Source: Candidatus Binatia bacterium (lineage in GTDB: Bacteria; Desulfobacterota; Binatia; HRBIN30). Taken from it: a DNA stretch of 64,000 nucleotides. Positions 53,349 to 63,361 of the stretch are shown here, in pieces. Every line of letters starts with the position of its first letter. Position 1 is the stretch's first letter. Both the position numbers and the translations under genes were made by a program. The DNA lies in NCBI GenBank assembly GCA_038245295.1, contig JBBRSP010000020.1, positions 1 to 64,000 of the forward strand, in the 5' to 3' direction. The notes under the pieces were generated by a model that had not been told where the DNA came from, searched no databases, and saw only the letters and a list, made by a program, of their open reading frames with translations.

Positions 53349-54722
53349 ATGCACCTCCTGCGAATCATTGGCGCTGCGGCCTTGCTGGCCATGGCCGTCG
53401 TTCCGGTTTCCGCCGACTCTCAACTGCGGTCGATTTATCGCGAGCTGATCGAATGCAATACAACCCACTCCACCGGCAGCACCACTAAAGCTGCCGAGCT
53501 GATGGCGAAGCGCCTGCGGGCCGCGGGCTTCGCCTCGCGCGATATCGAGATCGTCGGCCCGCAACCGAACAAGAAGAATCTGGTCGCCCGTCTGCGCGGC
53601 GGCTCAGCGGCGCGACCGCTTCTCCTGCTTGCACACCTCGACGTCGTCGAGGCGCGGCGCGAGGACTGGTCTATGGACCCGTTCAAGTTGCACGAGCAAG
53701 ACGGGTATTTCTTCGGCCGCGGCAGTCTCGATGATAAAGCGATGGCGGCGATCTTCGTCGACATCATTGTTCGTTTGCGGCGTGAGCACGTCGCGCTCAA
53801 TCGCGATGTCATTCTGGCCCTGACGGCCGACGAGGAAGGTGGACCCGACAACGGTGCGGAATGGCTTCTGGCGGAGCGGCGACCCTTGGTCGATGCCGCC
53901 TTGGTGCTCAATGAAGGTGGCGGTGGTCGCATCCGTGGCGGCCGCTATCTCTTGAATGGCGTGCAGGCCAGCGAGAAATCGTACACGAATTTCGAGTTGG
54001 TGGTCCACAATCCCGGCGGCCACAGTTCCCTGCCCACCAAGGACAACGCGATCTATCGACTTGCCGCGGCCCTCCTGCGTGTCGAGCAACTGCAGTTCCC
54101 GTTCGAGCTCAATGAGGTGACCCGCCAGTACCTTGCCAACAGTGCCAAGGCCGAGTCAGCCGACAGAGCGAGCGACCTGGAGGCCATCCTACGTGAGCCG
54201 CCGGACGCCGCGGCGTTGGCGCGGTTGTCGGACATCCCGTCGTACAACGCTCTGCTGCGCACCACATGCGTGGCGACGCGGCTCGACGGCGGTCATGCGG
54301 ACAATGCCCTACCACAATCGGCGAAGGCGCTGATCAACTGCCGCATCCTTCCCGGCCACTCGACGGATGAAGTGCGCGCCGCCTTGGTGGCAGCCGTGGC
54401 GGACGATAACGTGGCCATTACGGCGACGGAAAAAGATACCGCAGGTCCGGCATCGCCACTCGATCCGGCACTGATGTCGCTGATCGAAGGAGTCACCAAG
54501 GAAATGTGGCCGGATGTTCCAACGGTGGCCACCATGAGCACGGGTGCTTCCGATTCGCGTTATTTCAGGAAGGTTGGCATCCCGGCGTATGGCATATCCG
54601 GGATCTTCGTTGACGCCGACGACATCCGCGCCCACGGGCGCGACGAGCGGCTTGGAGTCAAGCAGTTCGATGAGGGTGGGGAATTCCTGTGGCGGCTGGT
54701 CTGCGGCCTGACCGCACCATGA
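53349..54722 (+). CDS. Secreted M20/M25/M40 metallopeptidase
   Basis: Signal peptide, AHLDVV, GRGSLDDK, ADEE, NEGG, GGHSS, TGASD, AHGRDER. Confidence 0.93.
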   Translation: MHLLRIIGAAALLAMAVVPVSADSQLRSIYRELIECNTTHSTGSTTKAAELMAKRLRAAGFASRDIEIVGPQPNKKNLVARLRGGSAARPLLLLAHLDVVEARREDWSMDPFKLHEQDGYFFGRGSLDDKAMAAIFVDIIVRLRREHVALNRDVILALTADEEGGPDNGAEWLLAERRPLVDAALVLNEGGGGRIRGGRYLLNGVQASEKSYTNFELVVHNPGGHSSLPTKDNAIYRLAAALLRVEQLQFPFELNEVTRQYLANSAKAESADRASDLEAILREPPDAAALARLSDIPSYNALLRTTCVATRLDGGHADNALPQSAKALINCRILPGHSTDEVRAALVAAVADDNVAITATEKDTAGPASPLDPALMSLIEGVTKEMWPDVPTVATMSTGASDSRYFRKVGIPAYGISGIFVDADDIRAHGRDERLGVKQFDEGGEFLWRLVCGLTAP

Positions 54723-54757
54723 GGCCGACGATGCGCTGGTCTGCCGCGACAGCGCCC

Positions 54758-55072
54758 CTATTTTTTTACTTCCGGCACGTAGTCGCCGATACGCTTGAGG
54801 CGCCGCTGCCAGTACTCGTAGGCACGTCGGGTGAAGACCTCGGTCTCCTCGACCGCCCACTCACCCGATTGATTGGACGCATAACCGACGCAGATGCGAC
54901 GCTCCTCATCGCGCACGAATGCGATCCGCATGTGCACGTTTGGATCATCGCGTTCTTCGTAGGTCGGCCCGATGAGCACGAACGGATCGCCGTCATCCAG
55001 AAGGCGAACGACGCCCAACTCCTCGAGCAGGCGATCCCGTTTGACACTCCCGCGCGCTGGTTTGTTCTTCAC
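54758..55072 (-). CDS. Hypothetical protein (~104 aa)
   Basis: GTG start overlaps the gcdH stop (GTGA); globular sequence. Confidence 0.65.
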   Translation of the reverse strand: MKNKPARGSVKRDRLLEELGVVRLLDDGDPFVLIGPTYEERDDPNVHMRIAFVRDEERRICVGYASNQSGEWAVEETEVFTRRAYEYWQRRLKRIGDYVPEVKK

Positions 55073-56235
55073 CGGATGGCGTCCAGACCGGTGATGTCGC
55101 GCCCGAGGATGAGCGTGTGCATGTCGAAGGTGCCCTCGTAGGTGTTCACCGTCTCGAGGTTCATCATGTGTCGAATGATTGGATACTCGTTGACGATACC
55201 GTTGGCGCCGAGGATGTCGCGGGCGACGCGCGCGATCGTCAACGCCTCGTCGACGTTGTTGCGTTTGGCGAGGGAGACGTGTTCGGGGCGCAGCTTGCCG
55301 GCGTCTTTCAGCTGTCCGAGTCGTAGCGCCAACAGCTGGGCCTTGGTGATCTCGGTGAGCATGTTGACGAGTTTCTGCTGCACCAGCTGGAAGCCCGCTA
55401 GAGGTTTGTCGAACTGCGTACGCGACTTCGCGTACTCCAGGGCTGTGTGGTAGCAACCCATCGCCGCCCCGACGACGCCCCAGACGATTCCGTAGCGTGC
55501 TTGCGTCAGGCAGGAGAAGGGGCCTTTCAAGCCGCGCACGCCGGGCAGGATGTTCTCCTTGGGAATGCGCACGTCGTCGAGAACGAGCTCCGAGGTAATC
55601 GAGGCGCGCAGCGAGAACTTGCCTTTGATGTCGTGTGTGCTGAAGCCGGGGCGATCACGTTCGACGAGGAAGCCGCGAATACCGTCGGTGGTTTTGGCCC
55701 AAACGATCGCGATATCCGAAACGCTGCCGTTGGTGATCCAGCGTTTGACCCCGCGTAAGACGTAGTGCGAGCCGTCGTCGATGGCGCGTGTCTCCATGTT
55801 GCCCGGATCTGAGCCGTGATCGGGCTCCGTGAGCCCGAAGCAGCCAATCGCTTTCCCGGCTGCCATCGGCGGCAACCACTTCTGCTTCTGTTCCTCGCTG
55901 CCGAAAGCGTAGATCGGATACATGCACAAGGAGCCCTGCACCGACACCATCGAGCGTAGTCCGCTGTCGCAACGCTCGACTTCTTGACAGATCAAGCCAT
56001 AGGAGACGTTGTTCAGGCCGGCGCATCCGTACCCTTTCAGGTTGGCGCCAAAGAACCCAAGCTCGGCCATGCGCGGAATAAGTTGTTTCGGAAACTGTTC
56101 GCGCGTGTGGTGGTCTTCAATGATCGGCTGGGCTTCACGGTCGACGAAATCGCGTACCGTCTTGCGAATCATCTTCTCCTCGTCCGTGAGCAAGTCGTCG
56201 ATGCCGTAGTAGTCTACCCCGCTGAATGGCGTCAT
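55069..56235 (-). CDS. gcdH: Glutaryl-CoA dehydrogenase-like acyl-CoA dehydrogenase
   Basis: DSGLRSMVSVQGSL, GCFGLTEPDHGSDP, KFSLRASIT, NLETVNTYEGT; AGGAGG RBS before ATG 56235. Confidence 0.92.
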   Translation of the reverse strand: MTPFSGVDYYGIDDLLTDEEKMIRKTVRDFVDREAQPIIEDHHTREQFPKQLIPRMAELGFFGANLKGYGCAGLNNVSYGLICQEVERCDSGLRSMVSVQGSLCMYPIYAFGSEEQKQKWLPPMAAGKAIGCFGLTEPDHGSDPGNMETRAIDDGSHYVLRGVKRWITNGSVSDIAIVWAKTTDGIRGFLVERDRPGFSTHDIKGKFSLRASITSELVLDDVRIPKENILPGVRGLKGPFSCLTQARYGIVWGVVGAAMGCYHTALEYAKSRTQFDKPLAGFQLVQQKLVNMLTEITKAQLLALRLGQLKDAGKLRPEHVSLAKRNNVDEALTIARVARDILGANGIVNEYPIIRHMMNLETVNTYEGTFDMHTLILGRDITGLDAIR

Positions 56236-56282
56236 GTGGTCCTCCTGATGGCGCCGACGCGAATAGCGCGCGGCGCGCGAAG

Positions 56283-56330
56283 AGAGAAGAGTGAACGGTG
56301 GAGACAGCCTCCACTCTTTCACTCTTCTCT
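56283..56330. repeat. Long purine/pyrimidine-biased hairpin in the gcdH/LysR divergent region
   Basis: agagaagagtgaacggtggag-acagc-ctccactctttcactcttctct. Confidence 0.75.
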
Positions 56331-56380
56331 CCTCCGCCTTCGAGCGCCAATTCACGCGCATTAGTGAGTATCGGATTGCC

Positions 56381-56408
56381 TTGACACCGCGATCAGTACC
56401 GCTAACCT
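56381..56408 (+). promoter_or_regulatory. sigma70 promoter of the LysR gene (probably leaderless)
   Basis: TTGACA-N16-TAACCT ending 7 nt before GTG 56416; no SD. Confidence 0.65.
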
Positions 56409-56415
56409 CACCCGC

Positions 56416-57315
56416 GTGCATATCGAAACGCTCAAGGTATTTTGCGACGTCGTCGAGACAGGCAGCTTCTCGGTGGCCGCGTCGCAGAACTTCATTACGC
56501 AGTCCGCGGTGAGTCAGCAGCTTCGCACGCTCGAATCGAAGTACCATTGCAAGTTGCTGGAGCGTGGTCGTTCCGGAGCCAAGCCGACTTCGGCGGGCGA
56601 GATCCTTTATCGCGCCAGCCGCGAGATCCTGGAGAAGTACCGCGAGATCGAAACCCAGTTGCAGGAAAGCGGCAAGGTAGTTGCCGGCCCGCTACGAATT
56701 GCCATCGTCTACAGCGTTGGCCTGCACGAACTGCCGCCGTACATGAAAGAGTACCTGCGCGAGTTCCCGCAAGTGAACGTTCATGTCGAGTACTCGCGAC
56801 CGAACAAGATCTACGACGACGCCATTGCCGGTCGCATCGACCTTGGTATCGTCGCCTACCCAGCCAAACATCCCCAGGTGACGGTTCTGCCATTCCGCGA
56901 AGATCGTCTCGTTGTCGTCGTCCCACCCAACCATCCGTTTGCGAACCTGAAGAAATTGACCCTGAACAAGCTCAACGGCGAGGCCTTTGTCGGTTACGAT
57001 CGCGATGTGGCGACACGCAAAGCGATCGATCAGCTGTTTCGTGATCGTGGCATCTCAGTCCGTTTTACCGGGGAATACGACAACATCGAAACGATCAAGC
57101 GTGCTGTCGAAATTGGCCAGGGCATCAGCATCGTTCCGCTCGCCTCCGTGCAGCATGAGGTCGAGCACGGCGTGCTGAAGGTGGTTCACCTCGCTGATGA
57201 GACACTGCTGCGCCCGCTTGGCATCGTGCACAAGAAGGGCCGCCATCTGTCACCCGCGTCGGTTAAGTTCATCGACGTTCTGCGTCGCCCCGAATTGCAG
57301 CAACTGCACGACTAG
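56416..57315 (+). CDS. LysR-family transcriptional regulator
   Basis: HTH (GSFSVAA..ITQSAVSQQLRTLE) plus substrate-binding domain. Confidence 0.96.
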   Translation: MHIETLKVFCDVVETGSFSVAASQNFITQSAVSQQLRTLESKYHCKLLERGRSGAKPTSAGEILYRASREILEKYREIETQLQESGKVVAGPLRIAIVYSVGLHELPPYMKEYLREFPQVNVHVEYSRPNKIYDDAIAGRIDLGIVAYPAKHPQVTVLPFREDRLVVVVPPNHPFANLKKLTLNKLNGEAFVGYDRDVATRKAIDQLFRDRGISVRFTGEYDNIETIKRAVEIGQGISIVPLASVQHEVEHGVLKVVHLADETLLRPLGIVHKKGRHLSPASVKFIDVLRRPELQQLHD

Positions 57316-57339
57316 CGCACCAGGCGGATACGTCAGACA

Positions 57340-59739
57340 TCACGCGCCGGCTTCGATCACCAGTCGTTCGGTCACGTCTGGTACGTCCGCTGGCTTCCAC
57401 AGGGCGGACCGGAAATACTCGAAGTTCAACCAGCCGGCGCTGATCTCCTTGTAATACGTCGTCGCGATGTCGCCACTCGGTCCCGTGGTGTGGGCGAACC
57501 AGCCCTCGTCGGGCTTCGCCAGATCGCAGATGAAACGACTGGTGGCGCCGGCAAACGAACGCAAGCCGCCGCCCGCCGGAATAGCGATGCTTGGGCTGAC
57601 GGTGTAGCCATCACCAACGAACGGCGCGTCAATGGCGGCAAAGTAACGCGCCAGTCCGGGAATCTCGGCGAGCACAGTGCCGACGCGCAAGCGATGGACT
57701 TTCCCCCAGGCCCAATCAGCTCCGCTCGGCCCAAACCGCGCCACCAACCCGTTGACCGTTGCTTCGAAGGCGGCGCGAACCAGTTTTGCCAACGTCATCT
57801 TCGCGGCGGCCTCGACGCTCTGGCGCAGAGGATCCGTCGTGTTACGCAGCAGTCGATGCAACCGCGGAATGGCCCGCCGCGAGTTGAGCAATTGTTTGCC
57901 CGTCTGCGGACCCAGTAACGGGATGAAGCAACGTGCCACCAGATCACGTAGCAACAGGGCGTATACACTGGCAGCGCTCGAATCGGCGGAGAACACGCCA
58001 TCCCATCCCCGCAAGGCGAGATAGGCGGCGGCCGTCGGCTCCGGTGGGCCGCTCAAGTCTCCCAACAACTCGAGGATGGCGTCGCGCACCGGGATCGCAT
58101 AGTCGCAGCCGATATCGCGCTGTTGGGCCGCAAACGTGTCGACGGAATGATCCGTTCGGCTGGCCAGGAACGCCTCGATGCGATCTTGGCGATAACGCGG
58201 CTCCGGATGGGTGGCCGAGTGCAGCTTGTTGTTCTGGGCGGGGTCCGTGTAGGAGTTGGCACTGCAGACATAACCACGCTCCGGATTGATTAGCTTGGGG
58301 TTTTCGGAGAACGGCAGGAAGCCTTGCCATTGGGCGTCCGGATCGTCTGCGTCGCGCACGAACAGTCCGTCCTTGCTGCGACGTGGCAATCGCCCATAGG
58401 GCTCCCAGGCGATGTGCCCGTCCTTGTGGGCGTAGAGATGGTTAAAATCAAATGGGCCGTTGTTGATCTCGGCGAGCGCGGCCTGGTGTTCGTCGACACT
58501 CTTGGCCGCCGCCAATTGCCGATAGCCGCGGACGAACGCGCCGGCGTCGGAAGGGGTATAACGCAGGGCGAGATCGACGCCATCGTGATGCTTCCACCCC
58601 GGATAGATGATGCCGTGTTCGCATGATTCCCATTGCAAAGGAACATCACGGCCGAAGCGTACCGTGTGTGACTCTTGATGCAGGCGAATCTCGCCTTCGC
58701 CGGCTGCCGTGCGATAGCGCTGCGGCTTTCCGGCAATGCGGTGGATGCGCGCCAAGTCCCAGGCATCGCGATAGGCTGTCGTTACACCCCAGGCCAGGTA
58801 GCCGTTGTGGCCGTAGCCGAAGATCGGACAGCCGAGCATGAGACCGCCTTGGATGCGGTAGCTCGGGCACTCGAGGTGCGCGTGGTACCAGAAGGTTGGT
58901 GCCGGCAGGAACGGGACGTGCGGGTCTGCCGCAAACACCGGAGCGTTGGCCGCGGCGCGCGCGCCATTGACCGCCCAATTGTTGCTGCCCGTTCCTCCCA
59001 TGTGAATCGGCGGCTCGGGTTCAGGACCCGGCGTCGGTACGTATGACCGGGGAGCGTTTTCCCACGGCGCTTCGGGGTAGAATTGGCGGGCGACTTGATC
59101 GCCGACAGCGCCGCGTACCGCATCGAAGATGAGTTCTGTTTCGAGCGGCGCCAGCGCAACCGTGAGGGCGCAGGTGCGCGCCGAGAGCAGCGCGTCGCTC
59201 GGCTTCCACGGGCGCAACGGTCCCAACAGCAAGTGATCGGCAGGATAGACGCCGCGCATGCTGCGCAGGGCGGCATTCATGCCGGCGGCGAAGGCGTCGA
59301 GGCACTCGCGTGTGTCGCCGTCGAGTTGTTCGTACTCACGTTCGCTCTGTGCTTCGAAGTCGAGTGCTCGTACGAACAGGTCCATGTCGGCGACGCGCCG
59401 GCCGGGGAAGAGGTCGCTGCCCTTCGGCATGGCAAAGTTGCCGATCAACTCCGTCATTCGTCCCGAGCCGAGGTGTCTCAGGATGTCGAGTACGGCAAAG
59501 CGATCAGCGCCTTGCAGGTAACCGAGTGCCGCAAACAGGTCCGACTCGTGGTCGGCATAGATGTGCGGGATACCACGGCGATCGCGCAGGATTTCGACGC
59601 GGCCGCGCATCGCCGGCAAGTTGGCCGCCGTGAGGGCCGGGAAGGTCACCGGGCGCGGGCCGCGAGTGATGCTGCGGATGGTGCGCAGAATCATTGCGAG
59701 CCGGCGCTTCGGACCGAGTTGAGTGATCTGTTCGTACAT
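57340..59739 (-). CDS. Penicillin acylase family (Ntn hydrolase)
   Basis: RDRRGIPHIYA, GYLQGADR, catalytic GSNNW, ADPH, SAN. Start at MYEQIT. Confidence 0.92.
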   Translation of the reverse strand: MYEQITQLGPKRRLAMILRTIRSITRGPRPVTFPALTAANLPAMRGRVEILRDRRGIPHIYADHESDLFAALGYLQGADRFAVLDILRHLGSGRMTELIGNFAMPKGSDLFPGRRVADMDLFVRALDFEAQSEREYEQLDGDTRECLDAFAAGMNAALRSMRGVYPADHLLLGPLRPWKPSDALLSARTCALTVALAPLETELIFDAVRGAVGDQVARQFYPEAPWENAPRSYVPTPGPEPEPPIHMGGTGSNNWAVNGARAAANAPVFAADPHVPFLPAPTFWYHAHLECPSYRIQGGLMLGCPIFGYGHNGYLAWGVTTAYRDAWDLARIHRIAGKPQRYRTAAGEGEIRLHQESHTVRFGRDVPLQWESCEHGIIYPGWKHHDGVDLALRYTPSDAGAFVRGYRQLAAAKSVDEHQAALAEINNGPFDFNHLYAHKDGHIAWEPYGRLPRRSKDGLFVRDADDPDAQWQGFLPFSENPKLINPERGYVCSANSYTDPAQNNKLHSATHPEPRYRQDRIEAFLASRTDHSVDTFAAQQRDIGCDYAIPVRDAILELLGDLSGPPEPTAAAYLALRGWDGVFSADSSAASVYALLLRDLVARCFIPLLGPQTGKQLLNSRRAIPRLHRLLRNTTDPLRQSVEAAAKMTLAKLVRAAFEATVNGLVARFGPSGADWAWGKVHRLRVGTVLAEIPGLARYFAAIDAPFVGDGYTVSPSIAIPAGGGLRSFAGATSRFICDLAKPDEGWFAHTTGPSGDIATTYYKEISAGWLNFEYFRSALWKPADVPDVTERLVIEAGA

Positions 59740-59759
59740 GGAGGCCCCGATCGGTTCGA

Positions 59760-61457
59760 TTACTCGATTTGCCAACGCTCGGGAAGCAAGGCAAGCGGTG
59801 TCAGGGGCTGGATGTCGGTTTCGATGGCAGCCGAAATTTCGCGGACCCAGGAGGGCAGGGCGGCACGAATGCGTGTGTCGGCGGCCAGACCAAGGCGCGA
59901 CGCCAACCCGTGCTCTTTTGGGTACAACTCCAGGTGCACTTCCTTCCCAGCGTCGATCTGGGCCGCACTCTTGGCAGCGGCGATGGCGGCGCGTAACCCA
60001 CCCAGCTCGTCCACCAGGCCGTTTTCCTTGGCCTGCGCTCCGGTCCATACGCGTCCGCGACCCAATTCGTTGACACGCTCCGACGGCAGGTTGCGGCCTT
60101 TGGCGACGCGGTCGACGAACGTGTCGTAGATGTAGTGCATCTCGTCGACCAACTTGGCGCGCATCTCGGGGGAGAGAGGTGTGGTCAGATCGTTGGCGGC
60201 CGCATGGCGCCCGCGCGAGATTGTTTCACCGGTAATGCCGAGCCGCTCGAGCAGGCGACCGATCGCCGGGCGGGCGAAGACGACACCGATCGAGCCCGTG
60301 ATCGTCGTGGGTTGCGCCAGGATTCGGGTTGCGGCGGCGGCCACATAGTAGCCGCCCGAGGCGGCGACATCGGACATCGATACGATCACCGGCTTGTGCT
60401 CCTTCGCCTCGATGACCGCGCGCCAGATCAACTCCGAACCGAGCGCCGACCCGCCCGGGCTGTCGATGCGGAAGACGATCGCCTTGACGTCCTTGGCCTT
60501 GCTGGCGTCGCGCAACGACTTGCTGACGCCTTCGGCGCCGAGCACGTTATTCTGGCCTGCTTTGTCGTTGGAGACGACATTGCCGACGCCATAAACGATG
60601 GCGATGGTCGGGCCCTCCTCGAGCTTCAACGATTCGGGCGTGACGTGCATGTACTTTGCTGTGGTGACCAGGGGGATCTTATCGCCGCCGACTTCCTCGG
60701 CGATGTCCTGCAGGTGTTTGGTGCCGTCTGACAAGTGCGCCGCCTCATACTCGCTCGGGCGCGAAGGACACTCATCGATCAGCCTCTGGACTTCCACCGG
60801 ATCAAGGTTGCGCGCCTGGGCGATGGTGCCGACGAACTGGGCGTTCAAGCTGTCGAGCATCTCGTTGGTCATCTGCCGGTGCGCCGGACTCATTTCTTTG
60901 TTGATGATCATGTCGCCGAATGTCTTGTACTCGGCGATCTTTTCCACCTGCATGTCGATATCGAGTTTCTCCCAGACGCCGCCGAGGAAGATCGCATGTG
61001 TCGCCAGTCCACTCAGTGGCGCGGTCGTCGCGGGTGCCAAGTAGATACGATCGGCGGCGGTTGCCAGGAAGTACTCGGCATTGGCACTACCAGCTTCGTT
61101 TACCATCAGCGCCAATAGGGGTTTGCCGGATTGTTTATATTCGATCAGTGCATCGCGCAGGTCCTGGAGTTTGCCCCACCCGACATCGAGACTGCGGATG
61201 CGAACCACGACCCCTTTGATGCGTTTGTCGTGCTGGGCGTTGCGGATCGTCGTCAGGATCTCGATGAGCACCGGATTGCCGCCGCTGAACCAGCGACCGA
61301 TCAGATCCTCTGGGGGGCCATCGGCGTAATTGCCGCCGAGATCGAGGAGCAGATAACTCCCATCGGCGATGCTGGGTGAGGAATGTTTGGCTCGGTAGGT
61401 GAGGAACCCTGCCCCAGCGATGATCAGCAGCAAAATGATCCAACGGCGTCGGCGCAT
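59760..61457 (-). CDS. sppA: Signal peptide peptidase SppA (long form)
   Basis: Duplicated S49 domains, RIDSPGGS, AASGGYY, TGSIGV, GRVWTG. Confidence 0.95.
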   Translation of the reverse strand: MRRRRWIILLLIIAGAGFLTYRAKHSSPSIADGSYLLLDLGGNYADGPPEDLIGRWFSGGNPVLIEILTTIRNAQHDKRIKGVVVRIRSLDVGWGKLQDLRDALIEYKQSGKPLLALMVNEAGSANAEYFLATAADRIYLAPATTAPLSGLATHAIFLGGVWEKLDIDMQVEKIAEYKTFGDMIINKEMSPAHRQMTNEMLDSLNAQFVGTIAQARNLDPVEVQRLIDECPSRPSEYEAAHLSDGTKHLQDIAEEVGGDKIPLVTTAKYMHVTPESLKLEEGPTIAIVYGVGNVVSNDKAGQNNVLGAEGVSKSLRDASKAKDVKAIVFRIDSPGGSALGSELIWRAVIEAKEHKPVIVSMSDVAASGGYYVAAAATRILAQPTTITGSIGVVFARPAIGRLLERLGITGETISRGRHAAANDLTTPLSPEMRAKLVDEMHYIYDTFVDRVAKGRNLPSERVNELGRGRVWTGAQAKENGLVDELGGLRAAIAAAKSAAQIDAGKEVHLELYPKEHGLASRLGLAADTRIRAALPSWVREISAAIETDIQPLTPLALLPERWQIE

Positions 61458-61486
61458 CGGGCTTCTCCTTCGTTCTCCCGCAACAA

Positions 61487-63256
61487 TTACAGCATGAATC
61501 GGGCGGCCGCGTAGAGGCTGTGGATCATGGGCAAATCATGCTCACCCCACGATCCCTTGCGGCGTGCCTCGATGCTACCCGCAAGCTCGAGCGCGCGCGC
61601 GAAGACGGCATCCGCCGGCTCACCGGTGCGCGCCTCGTGGGCCACGCCTTCGAGCACCATCTCGCCGTAGCGTGCCAGTAAGCCGAGATCACGCAAGTGC
61701 TCGTCGCGCGTCGCCAGCAGCATGTCGGCGGCCGCAGCCAGGGCCGGCGTGGCGCCATCGATGGCGTGGGCCACCTTCTTGGCGCGCTCGGGTTGGCGCG
61801 GCGCCAGGCGAACGTCGCCGTAGGTGGCGATCGTGCTCCACGTCGCCTCCAACTGCGCCAACGCCCGCCGCGCCATTGTGGCGTGCTCGCCGAAGCTTGC
61901 CCAATACGTCTCGCACAGAGGGCCTTCGTCGATACCGCTGGTGCGCGCCGCAAAACGGTGGAAGTTGGGAGCATAGGCAAACGCGCTGAAGCGACCGAAC
62001 TGCAACATGAGAACGTCGCGAATGCAGAGTTTGCGGAAATAGGCCAGGTCAGCCTCGATCACATGCGTCAGCCCGATGCCGCAGCCGAAGTACAAGATGG
62101 CGTCGCCGTAATACTCGAAGACACGCACGCGTTCGGCGCCGAAGCGCTCGACATAACCTTCGAGGGCGGCCGCATAGCGCCGGTTCGTGGCGCAGGTCGA
62201 CGCGTCCAACGCGTGCCCGTAACAACGCTCGCGCGGCGCAAATTCGCAGACGACTCCCGGTGCCGGCGCAATCGATAGGTGCGGGTCGATGGTGTCGTGG
62301 TAGGCCAGGTAGCACACTGGCCGTGATAGACGGGCATCATTGAGCGCCGCCGCCACGGCGTTGCACACTCGCAGGTTCTGGTCCTGGACGCTGAAGGGCC
62401 GACACGCCTCGCAACTGCACCATGCCCCAGTGAACACGTCGGCACCCCAGATGTGTAGCGCCGATTGCTCCGGATATTCTTGCACGTAGCGCATCGCATT
62501 GGCGCGCACGACACGCATGGCGTCGTCGTTGCTCGTGCAGACATTCGCATCCTGGCTGCGCTCACCCTCGCGATTGACGGGAAAGTATTGCGGGTGGATC
62601 GCGAATTCTTCGCGTGGCAGGAGCAGGGGGATGACATGCCCGCCGTATTCGACGTCGATGCCGCGCTCGGCGAACGTGGGCAGAAGCTCGGGGATCGTGA
62701 GTTGGGTATCGAAGGGATGACGAATGAACAGAAAGGTGTTCGCCCCACTCTTGCCCATCCAATCAATGAAGTGGCGATCATCGGGGAGACGCGCCGCCAA
62801 GGCTTCGGGCTGCGTGTAGTGCCAGGTCATGATGTCGGTTGTGTATCCGCGAATCCGGAAGGGCGCCGCGTGGTGCGCCGACTCGACGTCGATGCTTCCA
62901 TCCATCCGTGGCACGTATTCGTCGATCTCTGGCAACAGGGACCAGCGGCAACCGCACTGTGTGAGCAGCGCGTAGACGGCGTCGAGCAGGTCGCGCGCCG
63001 AGCCGCCGCGCAGCGTTACACCGCCCGCGGTTGCCTCGATTCTGTAGTCGTTGGACGGCAAGGTGTTTCCGGCTGTCGGCGCCGTTGCGCTTCCAAGGAG
63101 CAGCGTGTTGGGCGGCAAGGCCGGGTCAAGCGTGTGGCCGATTGTGGCTCCGGTCAGCCGGTGCAAGTAACGCTGCAGTTCGTCGACGGCGAAACGCGCG
63201 GTGGGACTGCTGTCACAGGCACGAACGGTGAGCTGCGAAAGTTGGATACGTGGCAT
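61487..63256 (-). CDS. DUF4838-like glycoside-hydrolase-fold protein
   Basis: FAVDELQRYL, GCRW, GGHV, HPQYF, CTSN, CSCEAC, YLAYHDT. Confidence 0.75.
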   Translation of the reverse strand: MPRIQLSQLTVRACDSSPTARFAVDELQRYLHRLTGATIGHTLDPALPPNTLLLGSATAPTAGNTLPSNDYRIEATAGGVTLRGGSARDLLDAVYALLTQCGCRWSLLPEIDEYVPRMDGSIDVESAHHAAPFRIRGYTTDIMTWHYTQPEALAARLPDDRHFIDWMGKSGANTFLFIRHPFDTQLTIPELLPTFAERGIDVEYGGHVIPLLLPREEFAIHPQYFPVNREGERSQDANVCTSNDDAMRVVRANAMRYVQEYPEQSALHIWGADVFTGAWCSCEACRPFSVQDQNLRVCNAVAAALNDARLSRPVCYLAYHDTIDPHLSIAPAPGVVCEFAPRERCYGHALDASTCATNRRYAAALEGYVERFGAERVRVFEYYGDAILYFGCGIGLTHVIEADLAYFRKLCIRDVLMLQFGRFSAFAYAPNFHRFAARTSGIDEGPLCETYWASFGEHATMARRALAQLEATWSTIATYGDVRLAPRQPERAKKVAHAIDGATPALAAAADMLLATRDEHLRDLGLLARYGEMVLEGVAHEARTGEPADAVFARALELAGSIEARRKGSWGEHDLPMIHSLYAAARFML

Positions 63257-63361
63257 AGGTGATGGTCATTTCTCCGGGGCAGGGAATGCTTCTATAGCAG
63301 CGCTGCCGTGGTGCCAACCGCTACTCGGCGGCAGTGCGGGTCAGCTCGACACGATTCCGGC

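Noticed and set aside
63290..63320. sigma54 motif upstream of the DUF4838-like gene
   Set aside because: TGGCAC is present but the -12 element is not TTGC; too weak to call.
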